A stretch of 64,000 bases of DNA, taken from IMG/VR virus record IMGVR_UViG_3300045988_080954; one strand, written 5' to 3'. The stretch's first letter is position 1; the number at the start of each line of letters is the position of its first letter. Under the pieces are notes generated by a model, which saw only the letters and a list, made by a program, of their open reading frames with translations, was not told where the DNA came from and searched no databases. Positions 1 to 9,100 of this stretch are shown piece by piece. Source of the stretch: a virus. The translations under genes were made by a program, and so were the position numbers.

Positions 1-41
1 CATATGTGGCTCCTATCGGGGCAGAAAGGATGATTGCATAG

Positions 42-284
42 ATGGCAAAAGCAGAAAACACAATTATTTTTGATGGCATTCAGTACAATCCCGGTGATGA
101 ATTGCCGGATTTAGGTAGTTGGGTATGTACAGATGCAAGAGGTATGGTTCGTGATTACGAGGGACTTTCAAAAGACGTATCAAAGCTCCCGCATTATGTA
201 GAGAGCGGTTCTTCGGCGCTGTGCCTTGATACTTCTGAATTATACGAATATCACAAACCTACCGATACATGGTACAAACTGTAA
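42..284 (+). CDS. hypothetical virion-module protein (80 aa)
   Basis: ATG ORF co-oriented with and nearly abutting the next structural gene. No motif recognised. Confidence 0.45.
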   Translation: MAKAENTIIFDGIQYNPGDELPDLGSWVCTDARGMVRDYEGLSKDVSKLPHYVESGSSALCLDTSELYEYHKPTDTWYKL

Positions 285-297
285 AGGAGAAGCGCAT

Positions 298-1596
298 ATG
301 GCATTAACAGCAAAGAAAGTATATGCAATATTAAAACGCCAGATTTCCGATATGGAAGCAAAATTAAATAGCCCTGTAAGATACAGAGGTACAGTTGCGA
401 CTGCTGATTTGCTTCCATTAAATCCAGATATTGGCGATATGTACAATATCGAGTCTAAGTCGGTCTACGGCGAAGCAGGAATGAATGTGGCATGGAACGG
501 CGTAGTTTGGGACACTATGGGCGCTCCAATTGATATGTCACTGTATCTCACAAAAGAAGAAGCAGAGACGGTAATACAAAGATTAGTTACGGAATATTTT
601 GAAAAGAATCCAGTCAAGCCTGGAGCCACGACAGAACAGGCACAGCAGATCGAGCAGAACAAGACAGACATTGCTTCACTGAAAACGGAAACTGGTTCAC
701 TGAAGGAAGATATATCCACCAAAATCACCAAATTCTATGCAAGTTCACAAGGTGAAACTCATATTACTGATTCTGACAATGGCAAGATTCAAGATATGAT
801 GATATATGGCAAATCATCACAGGATGGAACACCAACGCCAGAGAATCCAGTTGAGATTAAAAGCGTGGTGAATCCAACGGTGAAGGTGTCAAACGAAGAT
901 GGAACACAATTTAAGACCGTCACTCTCCCATACACATTAAATGCAATCCCTGTAAGTTCAGGTGGTAACGTCACAATCGACGGACAGCAGTATATTGCGG
1001 ATTATGTGGATGTGGAACGTGGGAAACGAGTACAGAGAATTATTAAGTATAAAATAACAGGTGATGAAAACATTTATGAACACGCAAGTGGTTGGATATA
1101 TTGCGATACCGATTTAAAACTGGTTTCTCAAATATGTGCAACTAATATTGCGAAAACAATAACTGATCAATATATTTTATCGGGCAATTATATCAGATCA
1201 GGAGCAACTGGTTTCTATTTTACACATAATGATATATTCACTGATGTTAATGCGTTTAAAAACTATGTGAAAAATAACGATGTGTATGTTTATACTGCAT
1301 TATCAACACCCGAAGAAATCGACCTCACCACCGAAGAAATTGCCGCATTCAAAGCACTTACAACATATTACCCGACTACAAATATCAGCGTCAATTCCGA
1401 ACAGCTTGACGGATATACAATATTCAATTATCCAATTTCAATGGAGAACGGTTGGAACTATGTAAAACAGCAGATAGGCGATACGAGGGATTATATCTAT
1501 GATATGGACGCACGTACTCAGGATACTGATTTACAGGCGGCAGAAGCCTACGTTAACAGCGAATACGCAGTAGCACTTACAGAATTGGAGGTATGA
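298..1596 (+). CDS. fibre-like structural protein (432 aa) with central coiled coil
   Basis: Internal ATG at 298 is preceded by AAGGAG. Coiled-coil stretch TTEQAQQIEQNKTDIASLKTETGSLKEDI. Followed by an XkdX-like mini-gene, as in PBSX-type fibre modules. Confidence 0.55.
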   Translation: MALTAKKVYAILKRQISDMEAKLNSPVRYRGTVATADLLPLNPDIGDMYNIESKSVYGEAGMNVAWNGVVWDTMGAPIDMSLYLTKEEAETVIQRLVTEYFEKNPVKPGATTEQAQQIEQNKTDIASLKTETGSLKEDISTKITKFYASSQGETHITDSDNGKIQDMMIYGKSSQDGTPTPENPVEIKSVVNPTVKVSNEDGTQFKTVTLPYTLNAIPVSSGGNVTIDGQQYIADYVDVERGKRVQRIIKYKITGDENIYEHASGWIYCDTDLKLVSQICATNIAKTITDQYILSGNYIRSGATGFYFTHNDIFTDVNAFKNYVKNNDVYVYTALSTPEEIDLTTEEIAAFKALTTYYPTTNISVNSEQLDGYTIFNYPISMENGWNYVKQQIGDTRDYIYDMDARTQDTDLQAAEAYVNSEYAVALTELEV

Positions 1597-1598
1597 TT

Positions 1599-1739
1599 AT
1601 GTTATACAGAACATTATTAAAACTTAAAAAAAGAAACGGACTGACAGACGATTTAAAAAATAAGATTGATATTTTCTTCGCAACGGGCAGGATTACCGAG
1701 GAACAGTATAATGAGCTGATGGATGCTTTAGTTAATTAA
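1599..1739 (+). CDS. XkdX-like small phage protein (46 aa)
   Basis: Below the ORF-track cutoff. Product MLYRTLLKLKKRNGLTDDLKNKIDIFFATGRITEEQYNELMDALVN has the G-x-IT-EE-Y pattern recalled for the XkdX family. Starts 3 nt after the upstream stop. Confidence 0.45.
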   Translation: MLYRTLLKLKKRNGLTDDLKNKIDIFFATGRITEEQYNELMDALVN

Positions 1740-1769
1740 AAATCTCTCATAAATTCGCTAAAATATCTA

Positions 1770-1796
1770 TTCAGATAGAGCGAACAGTGCTATAAT
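1770..1796 (+). promoter_or_regulatory. candidate promoter with extended -10 (TTCAGA-N15-TATAAT, TGc before the -10)
   Basis: TGCTATAAT at 1788-1796 and TTCAGA at 1770-1775. About 140 nt upstream of the recombinase ATG. Confidence 0.4.
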
Positions 1797-1896
1797 CACT
1801 ATAACAGAACACAAAAAGAGGAGCTGGACTCCCGTCTACCAAACAAAAAGTCCAACTCCAAGCACCACAAAGGGTACGGGTATATTATAGCACAGT
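1784..1896. repeat. nested inverted repeats upstream of the recombinase gene
   Basis: Outer pair: ACAGTGCTATAAT (1784-1796) against the reverse complement of ATTATAGCACAGT (1884-1896), 12/13. Inner pair: GGAGCTGGAC (1820-1829) against GTCCAACTCC (1850-1859), 9/10. Confidence 0.7.
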
Positions 1897-1933
1897 ACTC
1901 TCCCTTTGTGAACCCAAAAGGAGGGTATTTTTT

Positions 1934-2929
1934 ATGAGAGAAAAATTCGTGAATGGGTTCATGACAAATCTGTATGAAGAAATTCCGGAAGAATATCTTG
2001 AAACAGTCAGAAACAAACTGGCGTTGTATGTAAATGATTTTGATATCAGTCAAAGAGAAACAGCAGTTGTAAAGTATACTGGATATTTGCCAGATTTTTA
2101 CAAAACTTACATTGTAAGCAGGAAGATCGAGGGTTTGAGTAAAAAGACTCTCGAACTCTACAATCTTTATCTGGATGATTTCTTTTTCACAGTCAATAAA
2201 AAAGCTGAAGATATTACCGCAAATGACATTCGTGTATATCTGTATAATGCTCAGGAGAGCAGAGGGTTGAGTAATCGAACGCTTGATAGTAGAAGAACTG
2301 CCATACACGCTTTCTTCGAGTGGGCTGCAAACGAAGGATATATAGGCAAGAACCCGTGCAGAGTTATCAAAAATATCAAGTATGAACGTGTAGAGAAGAA
2401 ACCTCTGACAGATATGGAACTGGAAAGAATCAGACAGGTATGCGAAACGGTACGCGAAAAGGCAATGATTGAATTCTTATACAGTACAGGAGCCAGAGTG
2501 ACAGAAGCATGCGCTGTCAAGAAACAAGATGTGGATTTTCAAAATGGCGAAGTAATTGTTTTAGGAAAAGGAAATAAGCATAGAAAAGTATATCTAAATG
2601 CTCGCAGCAAACTTCTTTTAGGACAGTACCTTGCATTCAGAAATGATGATTCGGAATATCTTTTTGTAAGTGAAAGAAAACCCCACAACGTATTAAAAAA
2701 AGAAGCAATTGAAAGAATTGTACGAATAATCGGTGAGCGGTCAGAACTGGACAGGCCTCTGACACCGCATCTATTTAGGCATACTCTTGCGACTCTTATG
2801 CTTCAAAGAGGTACGCCGATTACTGAGGTGCAGAAGATTCTTGGACATGTCAACATTAACACGACAATGATCTATGCAAAGGTATCTGATGAAGATGTAA
2901 AAGTGTCTCATATGAAATATGCAATATAA
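1934..2929 (+). CDS. tyrosine recombinase, XerC/XerD-like (331 aa)
   Basis: SAM-like N-terminal domain. Catalytic set readable: STGARVTEA (Arg), GKGNKHRKV (Lys), HLFRHTLAT (His-x-x-Arg), LGHVNINTT (His), MIYAKV (Tyr). RBS AAGGAGGG lies 8 nt upstream. Confidence 0.85.
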   Translation: MREKFVNGFMTNLYEEIPEEYLETVRNKLALYVNDFDISQRETAVVKYTGYLPDFYKTYIVSRKIEGLSKKTLELYNLYLDDFFFTVNKKAEDITANDIRVYLYNAQESRGLSNRTLDSRRTAIHAFFEWAANEGYIGKNPCRVIKNIKYERVEKKPLTDMELERIRQVCETVREKAMIEFLYSTGARVTEACAVKKQDVDFQNGEVIVLGKGNKHRKVYLNARSKLLLGQYLAFRNDDSEYLFVSERKPHNVLKKEAIERIVRIIGERSELDRPLTPHLFRHTLATLMLQRGTPITEVQKILGHVNINTTMIYAKVSDEDVKVSHMKYAI

Positions 2930-2952
2930 GATTTTTGAAGGGAGAAATCGCC

Positions 2953-3351
2953 ATGAGAGGATTAAAACGCCAAAAACAGATAGTATATTGGTCAAGGGCA
3001 ACTGAAGACCTTGACGGGATAGACACAATCAAAACGTACCAAAAGCCAGAATTGCATCACCTCTCCGTGTCTGCGACCGCCGGAACGCCAGAGGAATTAT
3101 CCGCCGGTTATATCCCGGACTACGACAGATACATCACGAACTTTGACCGTGACTTCAAGCCGCAGACCGCCGATGTATTCTGGATAGACTGCAAGCCGGA
3201 ACTGAATGAAGCAGGCGAACTTATCTTAGGCGAAGATGGAGAGCCTACAGTCCCACCAGATTACCGTCTAAAAAAGATTCTTGATACCCAGAAAGGGAAT
3301 GTGGCACGATATGGTATCAAGTATATAGGAGATGGTTCAGATGGCGAATAA
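2953..3351 (+). CDS. head-tail connector-like protein (132 aa)
   Basis: ATG at 2953 follows GGGAGA. First of three small genes preceding the major tail gene. Call rests on position only. Confidence 0.45.
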   Translation: MRGLKRQKQIVYWSRATEDLDGIDTIKTYQKPELHHLSVSATAGTPEELSAGYIPDYDRYITNFDRDFKPQTADVFWIDCKPELNEAGELILGEDGEPTVPPDYRLKKILDTQKGNVARYGIKYIGDGSDGE

Positions 3352-3859
3352 GACTATCAAAATGGAATTGTCGCATAAATCTATACAAGACACGATAAAA
3401 CAGCTCAGAGCGTATCAGAAGTCACTTGCAAGTAAGAATGAGGAATTTGTCCGCAGGCTAGCAGAACTTGGAATCCCGGTCATAGATGAAAACATAGCAT
3501 TGGCACAAGGCGATTCTGACAAAAACCATAACACCTATATCAGAATCAATAACTTTGGCGGCTATTCTCAGGCGACGCTTGTGTGCGAAGGCTCTGACCT
3601 CCTGTTCATTGAGTTCGGTTCGGGTATTTCGTATAACACTCCGGCAGGAACTAGCCCGCATCCTAAGGGGCAAGATTTTGGTTACACAATCGGTTCATAC
3701 GGACAAGGGAATGGAAAGAATGAATCGTGGGTTTATTATTCCGATTCTGGCGAATGGGTACGTTCTTACGGTACTGAAGCCACCATGCCAGTTTATAAGG
3801 CAAGCGTGGAGATTATGCAAAACATCAGAAAAATTGCAAATGAAGTGTTTGGTTCCTAA
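3341..3859 (+). CDS. head-tail joining protein, HK97 gp10-like by position (172 aa)
   Basis: Overlaps the previous gene. Size and position are typical of a gp10-like tail-attachment protein. No decisive motif. Confidence 0.4.
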   Translation: MANKTIKMELSHKSIQDTIKQLRAYQKSLASKNEEFVRRLAELGIPVIDENIALAQGDSDKNHNTYIRINNFGGYSQATLVCEGSDLLFIEFGSGISYNTPAGTSPHPKGQDFGYTIGSYGQGNGKNESWVYYSDSGEWVRSYGTEATMPVYKASVEIMQNIRKIANEVFGS

Positions 3860-3958
3860 AAACTTCATACTGAATCATACCTGCATATTTGATATACTAT
3901 ACCATATAAAAGCATCTACCTGAGCGGTGGGTGCTTTTTCTTATAACGAGGTGATTCT

Positions 3959-4366
3959 ATGCCAGACACGATCAGCAACCCGGTATCAGAAGTATTTTCT
4001 AGGTGGAGTAAAGACATTCAATCAACAGTCGGCAAAGGCAATTTTTCCATGGAGAAAAGCCAGACAATAGCATCTGGCAAAACAAAATACGCCAGATTAT
4101 TCATGATGGGGAATCCTACGCAGTCAACAAGTCTCGAAGGTCACGAATGCGCAACAGTTCTTTCGTTTCAAACGGAAAGTTATGCATCTGGGACAAAGGC
4201 TTTATCGACTGCATACGAAATCGACAGCAAAAGTCATCAGGCCATGATTTCAATGGGCTTTCGCCGGACATACGGACCGGAAGAAGTTGCAAACTCCGAA
4301 AAGAGTTTCAAACGAATCATAAGCCGGTACAGCAGAATTTACACCGGGCAATTATTGGAAGCGTAA
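3959..4366 (+). CDS. head-tail joining / tail terminator-like protein (135 aa)
   Basis: RBS GAGGTGA. Lies upstream of the major tail gene (4729), separated from it by the 4410 gene. Positional call. Confidence 0.4.
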   Translation: MPDTISNPVSEVFSRWSKDIQSTVGKGNFSMEKSQTIASGKTKYARLFMMGNPTQSTSLEGHECATVLSFQTESYASGTKALSTAYEIDSKSHQAMISMGFRRTYGPEEVANSEKSFKRIISRYSRIYTGQLLEA

Positions 4367-4409
4367 CAGCTTCTATTTTTTTATACCAAAAAGAAAGGAG
4401 AGTGTCCCT

Positions 4410-4622
4410 ATGAGTAAAGATAAATTACAATGGCTGAAAGCTGCGGGAATCAGAGCTGTTAAGACAATTGCTCAGACAGCAGTTGCGACAATCGGAACCG
4501 CAACAGTCCTTGGAAGCGTTGACTGGAAGATGGTCGTATCCGCGTCCGTTCTTTCCGGCGTTTTATCCTTGCTTACATCTGTAGCAGGGCTTCCAGAACT
4601 GAAAACAGGCACAGATGAATAG
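4410..4622 (+). CDS. r1t-type holin-like membrane protein (70 aa)
   Basis: RBS AAAGGAGAG. AIRAVKTIAQTAVATIG...VDWKMVVSASVLSGVLSLLTSVAG resembles the recalled lactococcal phage r1t holin pattern (AIKTFAQ...VDW...LTS). Two hydrophobic segments. Confidence 0.5.
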   Translation: MSKDKLQWLKAAGIRAVKTIAQTAVATIGTATVLGSVDWKMVVSASVLSGVLSLLTSVAGLPELKTGTDE

Positions 4623-4728
4623 AAAGGACGGTGATCCTTTTATCTCCCGGATGCAGGGTTACGCATCAGAGCCATGTGGCTCTTTTTTATTGTAATTTTA
4701 TAGCTGAAAAAGCAGAAAGGAGCCGAAT

Positions 4729-5223
4729 ATGGCAGACAAAGGAAATATAGCAGGCGTAAGTACCGTTGGTTCGCTTACTGGATATGCAGTTGAAACAACA
4801 GCAGGTACTAAACCGACAACATTTAAACTTCTTCACAGAATCAATGCTTCTGATGAAATCAAAATTGACGTAGAAACAATCGACGCTTCCGCACTTGAAG
4901 ATGAAGTCGAAAGAACTATTGCAGGACGTGGTTCTACAGGTGGTACATTTAACGTAACTGTAAACGTAACTGATGAAACTATCACTGAATGGGAAACCTT
5001 AATCAGCGAGTACAAAACAGGAAAAGCCGACGGAAAATCTATGTGGTACGAAGAATACTTCCCTTCTCTTAAAAAAGCATTCTTCACAAAAATCGAGCCG
5101 CCGACAATCATTCCTAAACCAGCGAGAGATCAGAACGGCCTGTTAACCGTCGAAATGTCTCTTACTATTAATGAATATGTCGGCCCGAGTGAAGCAGTAG
5201 TTCCAACTGACAGCGGCCTTTAA
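4729..5223 (+). CDS. major tail protein (164 aa)
   Basis: RBS AAAGGAG. Sits immediately before the chaperone pair and tape measure. Thr/Gly/Val-rich beta-type sequence. Confidence 0.6.
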   Translation: MADKGNIAGVSTVGSLTGYAVETTAGTKPTTFKLLHRINASDEIKIDVETIDASALEDEVERTIAGRGSTGGTFNVTVNVTDETITEWETLISEYKTGKADGKSMWYEEYFPSLKKAFFTKIEPPTIIPKPARDQNGLLTVEMSLTINEYVGPSEAVVPTDSGL

Positions 5224-5246
5224 ACACATTTGGGAGGACAAATAAT

Positions 5247-5741
5247 ATGTATAAAGTTTTAAAAATCGGCGGCAAAGACTACAAACTTGAATATGGAATT
5301 GAAGCATCACTGTTTGATGATTGCGTGAAATCCGTAATGAATATGCTGGTTTCCACAAGCGGTGGAACGGACAGGAGTCTTAAAGAAATGGTTTCTGGAA
5401 TGAGTAGCATCCCGAATACTGCGCTTAATGCGTTCTATGCCGGATTACTTCAATATCACGGCAACCATTCTGACGGTGATGGCACTGTCCCGGATTTACA
5501 GACCGCCAAAAAACTTGCAGCACAGTATATGACCGAGCATAAAGATGATGAGCAGGGAAACTTCTACGGTCTGTTTTCTATGTGCATTGAACAGATGGAG
5601 GAAGATGGTTTTTTCAAATTAACCGGTCTGGAAACGTTCATGGACAACATGAATGCGGCAATGGACTCTGTGAAAGCGAAGAAAGCGAAGAAAGCGCCGA
5701 AGAAGCCAACAGATCATCTGAAAAAAGCTACAGCGAAATAA
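5247..5741 (+). CDS. tail assembly chaperone (G-like, 164 aa)
   Basis: Canonical position before the tape measure. Lys-rich C-terminus ends just after an A6 run. Confidence 0.6.
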   Translation: MYKVLKIGGKDYKLEYGIEASLFDDCVKSVMNMLVSTSGGTDRSLKEMVSGMSSIPNTALNAFYAGLLQYHGNHSDGDGTVPDLQTAKKLAAQYMTEHKDDEQGNFYGLFSMCIEQMEEDGFFKLTGLETFMDNMNAAMDSVKAKKAKKAPKKPTDHLKKATAK

Positions 5742-5752
5742 TCTGGGATGAA

Positions 5753-6142
5753 TTGTACCCGATGGCTGTGCGTATTGGGATGTCAAAGAAAGAATTTCTC
5801 AGGAGCACTCTTAAAGATCTGAGAATCCGTATAGAACAATATGGAGTTTCAAAAAAAGAAGAAATTCAGTCACAGTTAATAAACATGGACTATCAGGCAT
5901 GGCTGACCGGATTGTATGTCAAGACGAGTATTTCGTGCGCATTATCTCCGAGAAAAGTTAGTTATCCGAGTAAACCAATTACGCAGGAAAAACAAAATAA
6001 TTGGGTTGAACCAAATCCAGATACGCCGAAGAAATCAGAAGCAGAACTAAGACAAGAAGAACGTTACTACGAACTTCTTATCAGGCAGGCAAATGCAAAT
6101 ATATCTGAAATAGGTAATGAAAAGGGCAAGCAGGATGAATAG
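5753..6142 (+). CDS. tail assembly chaperone extension (T-like), probably made as a G-T fusion by -1 frameshift
   Basis: ORF is in the -1 frame relative to 5247..5741. That frame is open from at least 5702 across CTGAAAAAAGC (5718-5728). No good independent RBS or start. Confidence 0.5.
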   Translation: MYPMAVRIGMSKKEFLRSTLKDLRIRIEQYGVSKKEEIQSQLINMDYQAWLTGLYVKTSISCALSPRKVSYPSKPITQEKQNNWVEPNPDTPKKSEAELRQEERYYELLIRQANANISEIGNEKGKQDE

Positions 6143-6188
6143 TAGTCTTGCTTGCCCTTTATTTTTTTGAAATAAAGGAGGTGCTTAT

Positions 6189-9100
6189 ATGCCTGACAAC
6201 ACAATAGATAGCCTTGCGATAGAGGTCAGCAGTAACGTATCAAATGCAAGCAAATCCATTGATGATTTATGCAATAAACTGAATCGTCTGAGTAGCCGTA
6301 TGTCTGAGAGCATCAAGTATCTTAGAGACTTTTCAGCTTCCGTAGGCACGGCCAATTCTGCTGTTCAAGCACTTAAATTAGACAGGCTTGATTTATCAAC
6401 GATAAACAGTCAATTGCAACAGTTTGTTCAGTCTATGAGTGTGCTCGGTAGCCTGAACTTGAGAAACAACGGATTAAACTCATTCGTAAATGCAATCCGC
6501 AGACTGAACGAAACATTAAACTCCACAGGTGATGTGTCTGGAAAGATTCAGAACATGATTTCCGAATTATCTGGTCTTGGCAGTATTCCAGATGTATCAA
6601 ACAACGTGAACAGGTTTATTTCTTCACTGGCAAGATTGGCGAATGCCGGCAGTTCTATTGATGCAGTTGTATCAAAACTTCCAAAACTTGGTGAAGAACT
6701 TAGAAAAATCATAGTTTCATTCTCTGGAATAGGCAATATTTCTCAGCCAATTAATACTTTTGTTCAGTCAATATCTCAGTTGGCAAATGCAGGAGACAAA
6801 ACCGGAAAGACAGCAACTCAGCTTAATGATCTGGCAAATAGCTTAAAATCATTCTTCCAGACGATGAGTACCGCTCCTAGAATCAGTAGCAGTACAATTC
6901 AAATGACTCAGGCTATTGCTCAGCTGGCAAATTCTGGGGCGAATGCTGGTAGAGCAGCAAGGTCTACTGCAAGTGCATTTTCAGGATTGGGGCAGGGTGC
7001 GGCCACTTCGACAGGAAAGGTCAGAAAACTTGCAAACGCCGTTGGAAGTGTAGGAAGCAAGGCAAAGAAAAGTTTGCCTAGCATCATGTCTCTGGTGGCA
7101 AAATTCTGGACGTTGAAATTTGTTGTTGAAAAATTTGGAAGCGCAATTGAAAGTTCCATGAATTTTCTCGAAGATTACAACTACTTTCAAGCGGCGTTTC
7201 GCCAGGTAGCAGATAAAGCGGGTAAAACTTGGTCAGAAGCGGGCTATGATTCCGCAGAAGCATATGCAAATTCATTCAGCCAGAGAGCCAGAGAACTTAC
7301 ATCCAAAATGTCTGGATTCGATGTTTCCGATAATGGCATTTTGTCGGCAAATAAAACCGGTAAGTCACTTGGCATGGATCCGTCCATGCTTTTAAATTAT
7401 CAAGGCCAGTTTGCACAGTTATCATCATCTATGGGAACAACTTCTGAACAGGCTTTAAAGCTGTCGAATGCGTTAACTATGATCGGTGCAGACCTTGCAT
7501 CTGTTAAAAATCTTGATTTTAATACAGTTTACGAAAACTTATCCTCTGGATTGGTAGGAATGAGCCGTGCCGTAGATAAATATGGTGCGAACATTCGTGT
7601 GGCAAACTTACAGCAATACGCTTCGAATCTTGGACTGCAAACAGCTGTATCAAAGATGGATCAGGCAAGCAAAGCAATGCTGAGGACAATAGTGATACTG
7701 GATTCTACACGGTACGCATGGGCGGATATGGCAAATACGATAAATATGCCAGCCAACCAGTTACGTATACTTCGTGCAAATTTAGTGTCCTGTGCTAGAG
7801 CATTAGGGAACATCTTTATGCCAGTCGTTGCAGCAGTATTGCCGTACATTAATGGCCTTGTAATTGCATTCCAGAGACTCCTGACATACATTGGTTCACT
7901 TCTTGGAGTTGATACCAAAATTGGAAATATGTTCGGTTCTATCGGAAGCGGAAGTGAAAATCTCTCAAACGCACTTGATACTATAGACGATTCTAGTCTT
8001 TCAGATGTTGATGATACTACAAAAGATACCAGTGACAATCTGAAAAATGCGACTAAAAACGCAAAGAAGCTCAAACAGTTCCTTGCATCCTATGATGAAT
8101 TAGAGGTTATGAGCAAAGACGACAGTTCTCTGTCAAACCTTGCAAATTCTAAGATTAAAACGCCTGCTCTTGACACATCTGCCCTTGACGCAGGAATTCT
8201 CAATGATGCACTGGATAAACTTTTGAACGAATACCAGAAGAAATGGGATGCCGCCTACAATTCCATGGAAAATAAGGCCATGGCATTCGCAAATAAAGTT
8301 ACAGACACATTTAAGAAACTTGCAAAAGTCGCAGAGCCTACCACAAAAGCGCTGAAAAATCTTTGGAACAATGGATTGAAACAGCTCAGAGATTTCACAT
8401 GGACAGCATTAAAAGATTTCTGGAATCATTTTTTAGTTCCGCTTGGCAAGTGGACACTTGGGGAAAAAGGATTACCACGACTAATCAATGCTTTTAATGA
8501 TTTTCTCGTGAAAATTAACTGGGATAAAATCAACGCTTCCCTTGTGCAGTTATGGGATGTGTTAGAGCCATTTGCTGAGAATGTCGGAACAGGATTACTT
8601 GATTTCTTTGATGATTTCTTTGATAAGGCGGCAGATGGAGTTAATAAACTTCCTGATCTGATTGACAGGTTCAAAGAGTTTATCGCAACATTTTCGCCAG
8701 AACAGGCACAGTCTATTGGCTATTTCCTCGGACAACTCCTGACAGCTTTTGCAGCATTTAAAGGACTTACATGGTTCGGTGGTATTTTCGGCAAAGAAGG
8801 AGTGATAGGCAAAGGAATCACCATGTTAGCAGCGCATCCATATGCTTCGATAGTGGCAGGACTTGGTCTTACTGTTGCCGCACTTGATAAATTCGGAGTG
8901 ATTGATGTTGATTGGGACGGGTTATGGACAAGAATCGGGAATCTTAAAGACGTAATTGTGAATTTCATCAAAAATATTAATTGGGATTCGTTAATAAAAA
9001 CAATCGGTGATGTATGGGATGTATTCCAGCCATTTGCTGAGGGATTCGCAGATGGATTTATCAGCTTTTTCGATATAATGCTGAACGATATCGGCGCCCC

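Noticed and set aside
1799-2308. 169-aa minus-strand ORF overlapping the recombinase start
   Set aside because: It is antisense to a gene with a complete tyrosine-recombinase motif set, and it has no RBS.
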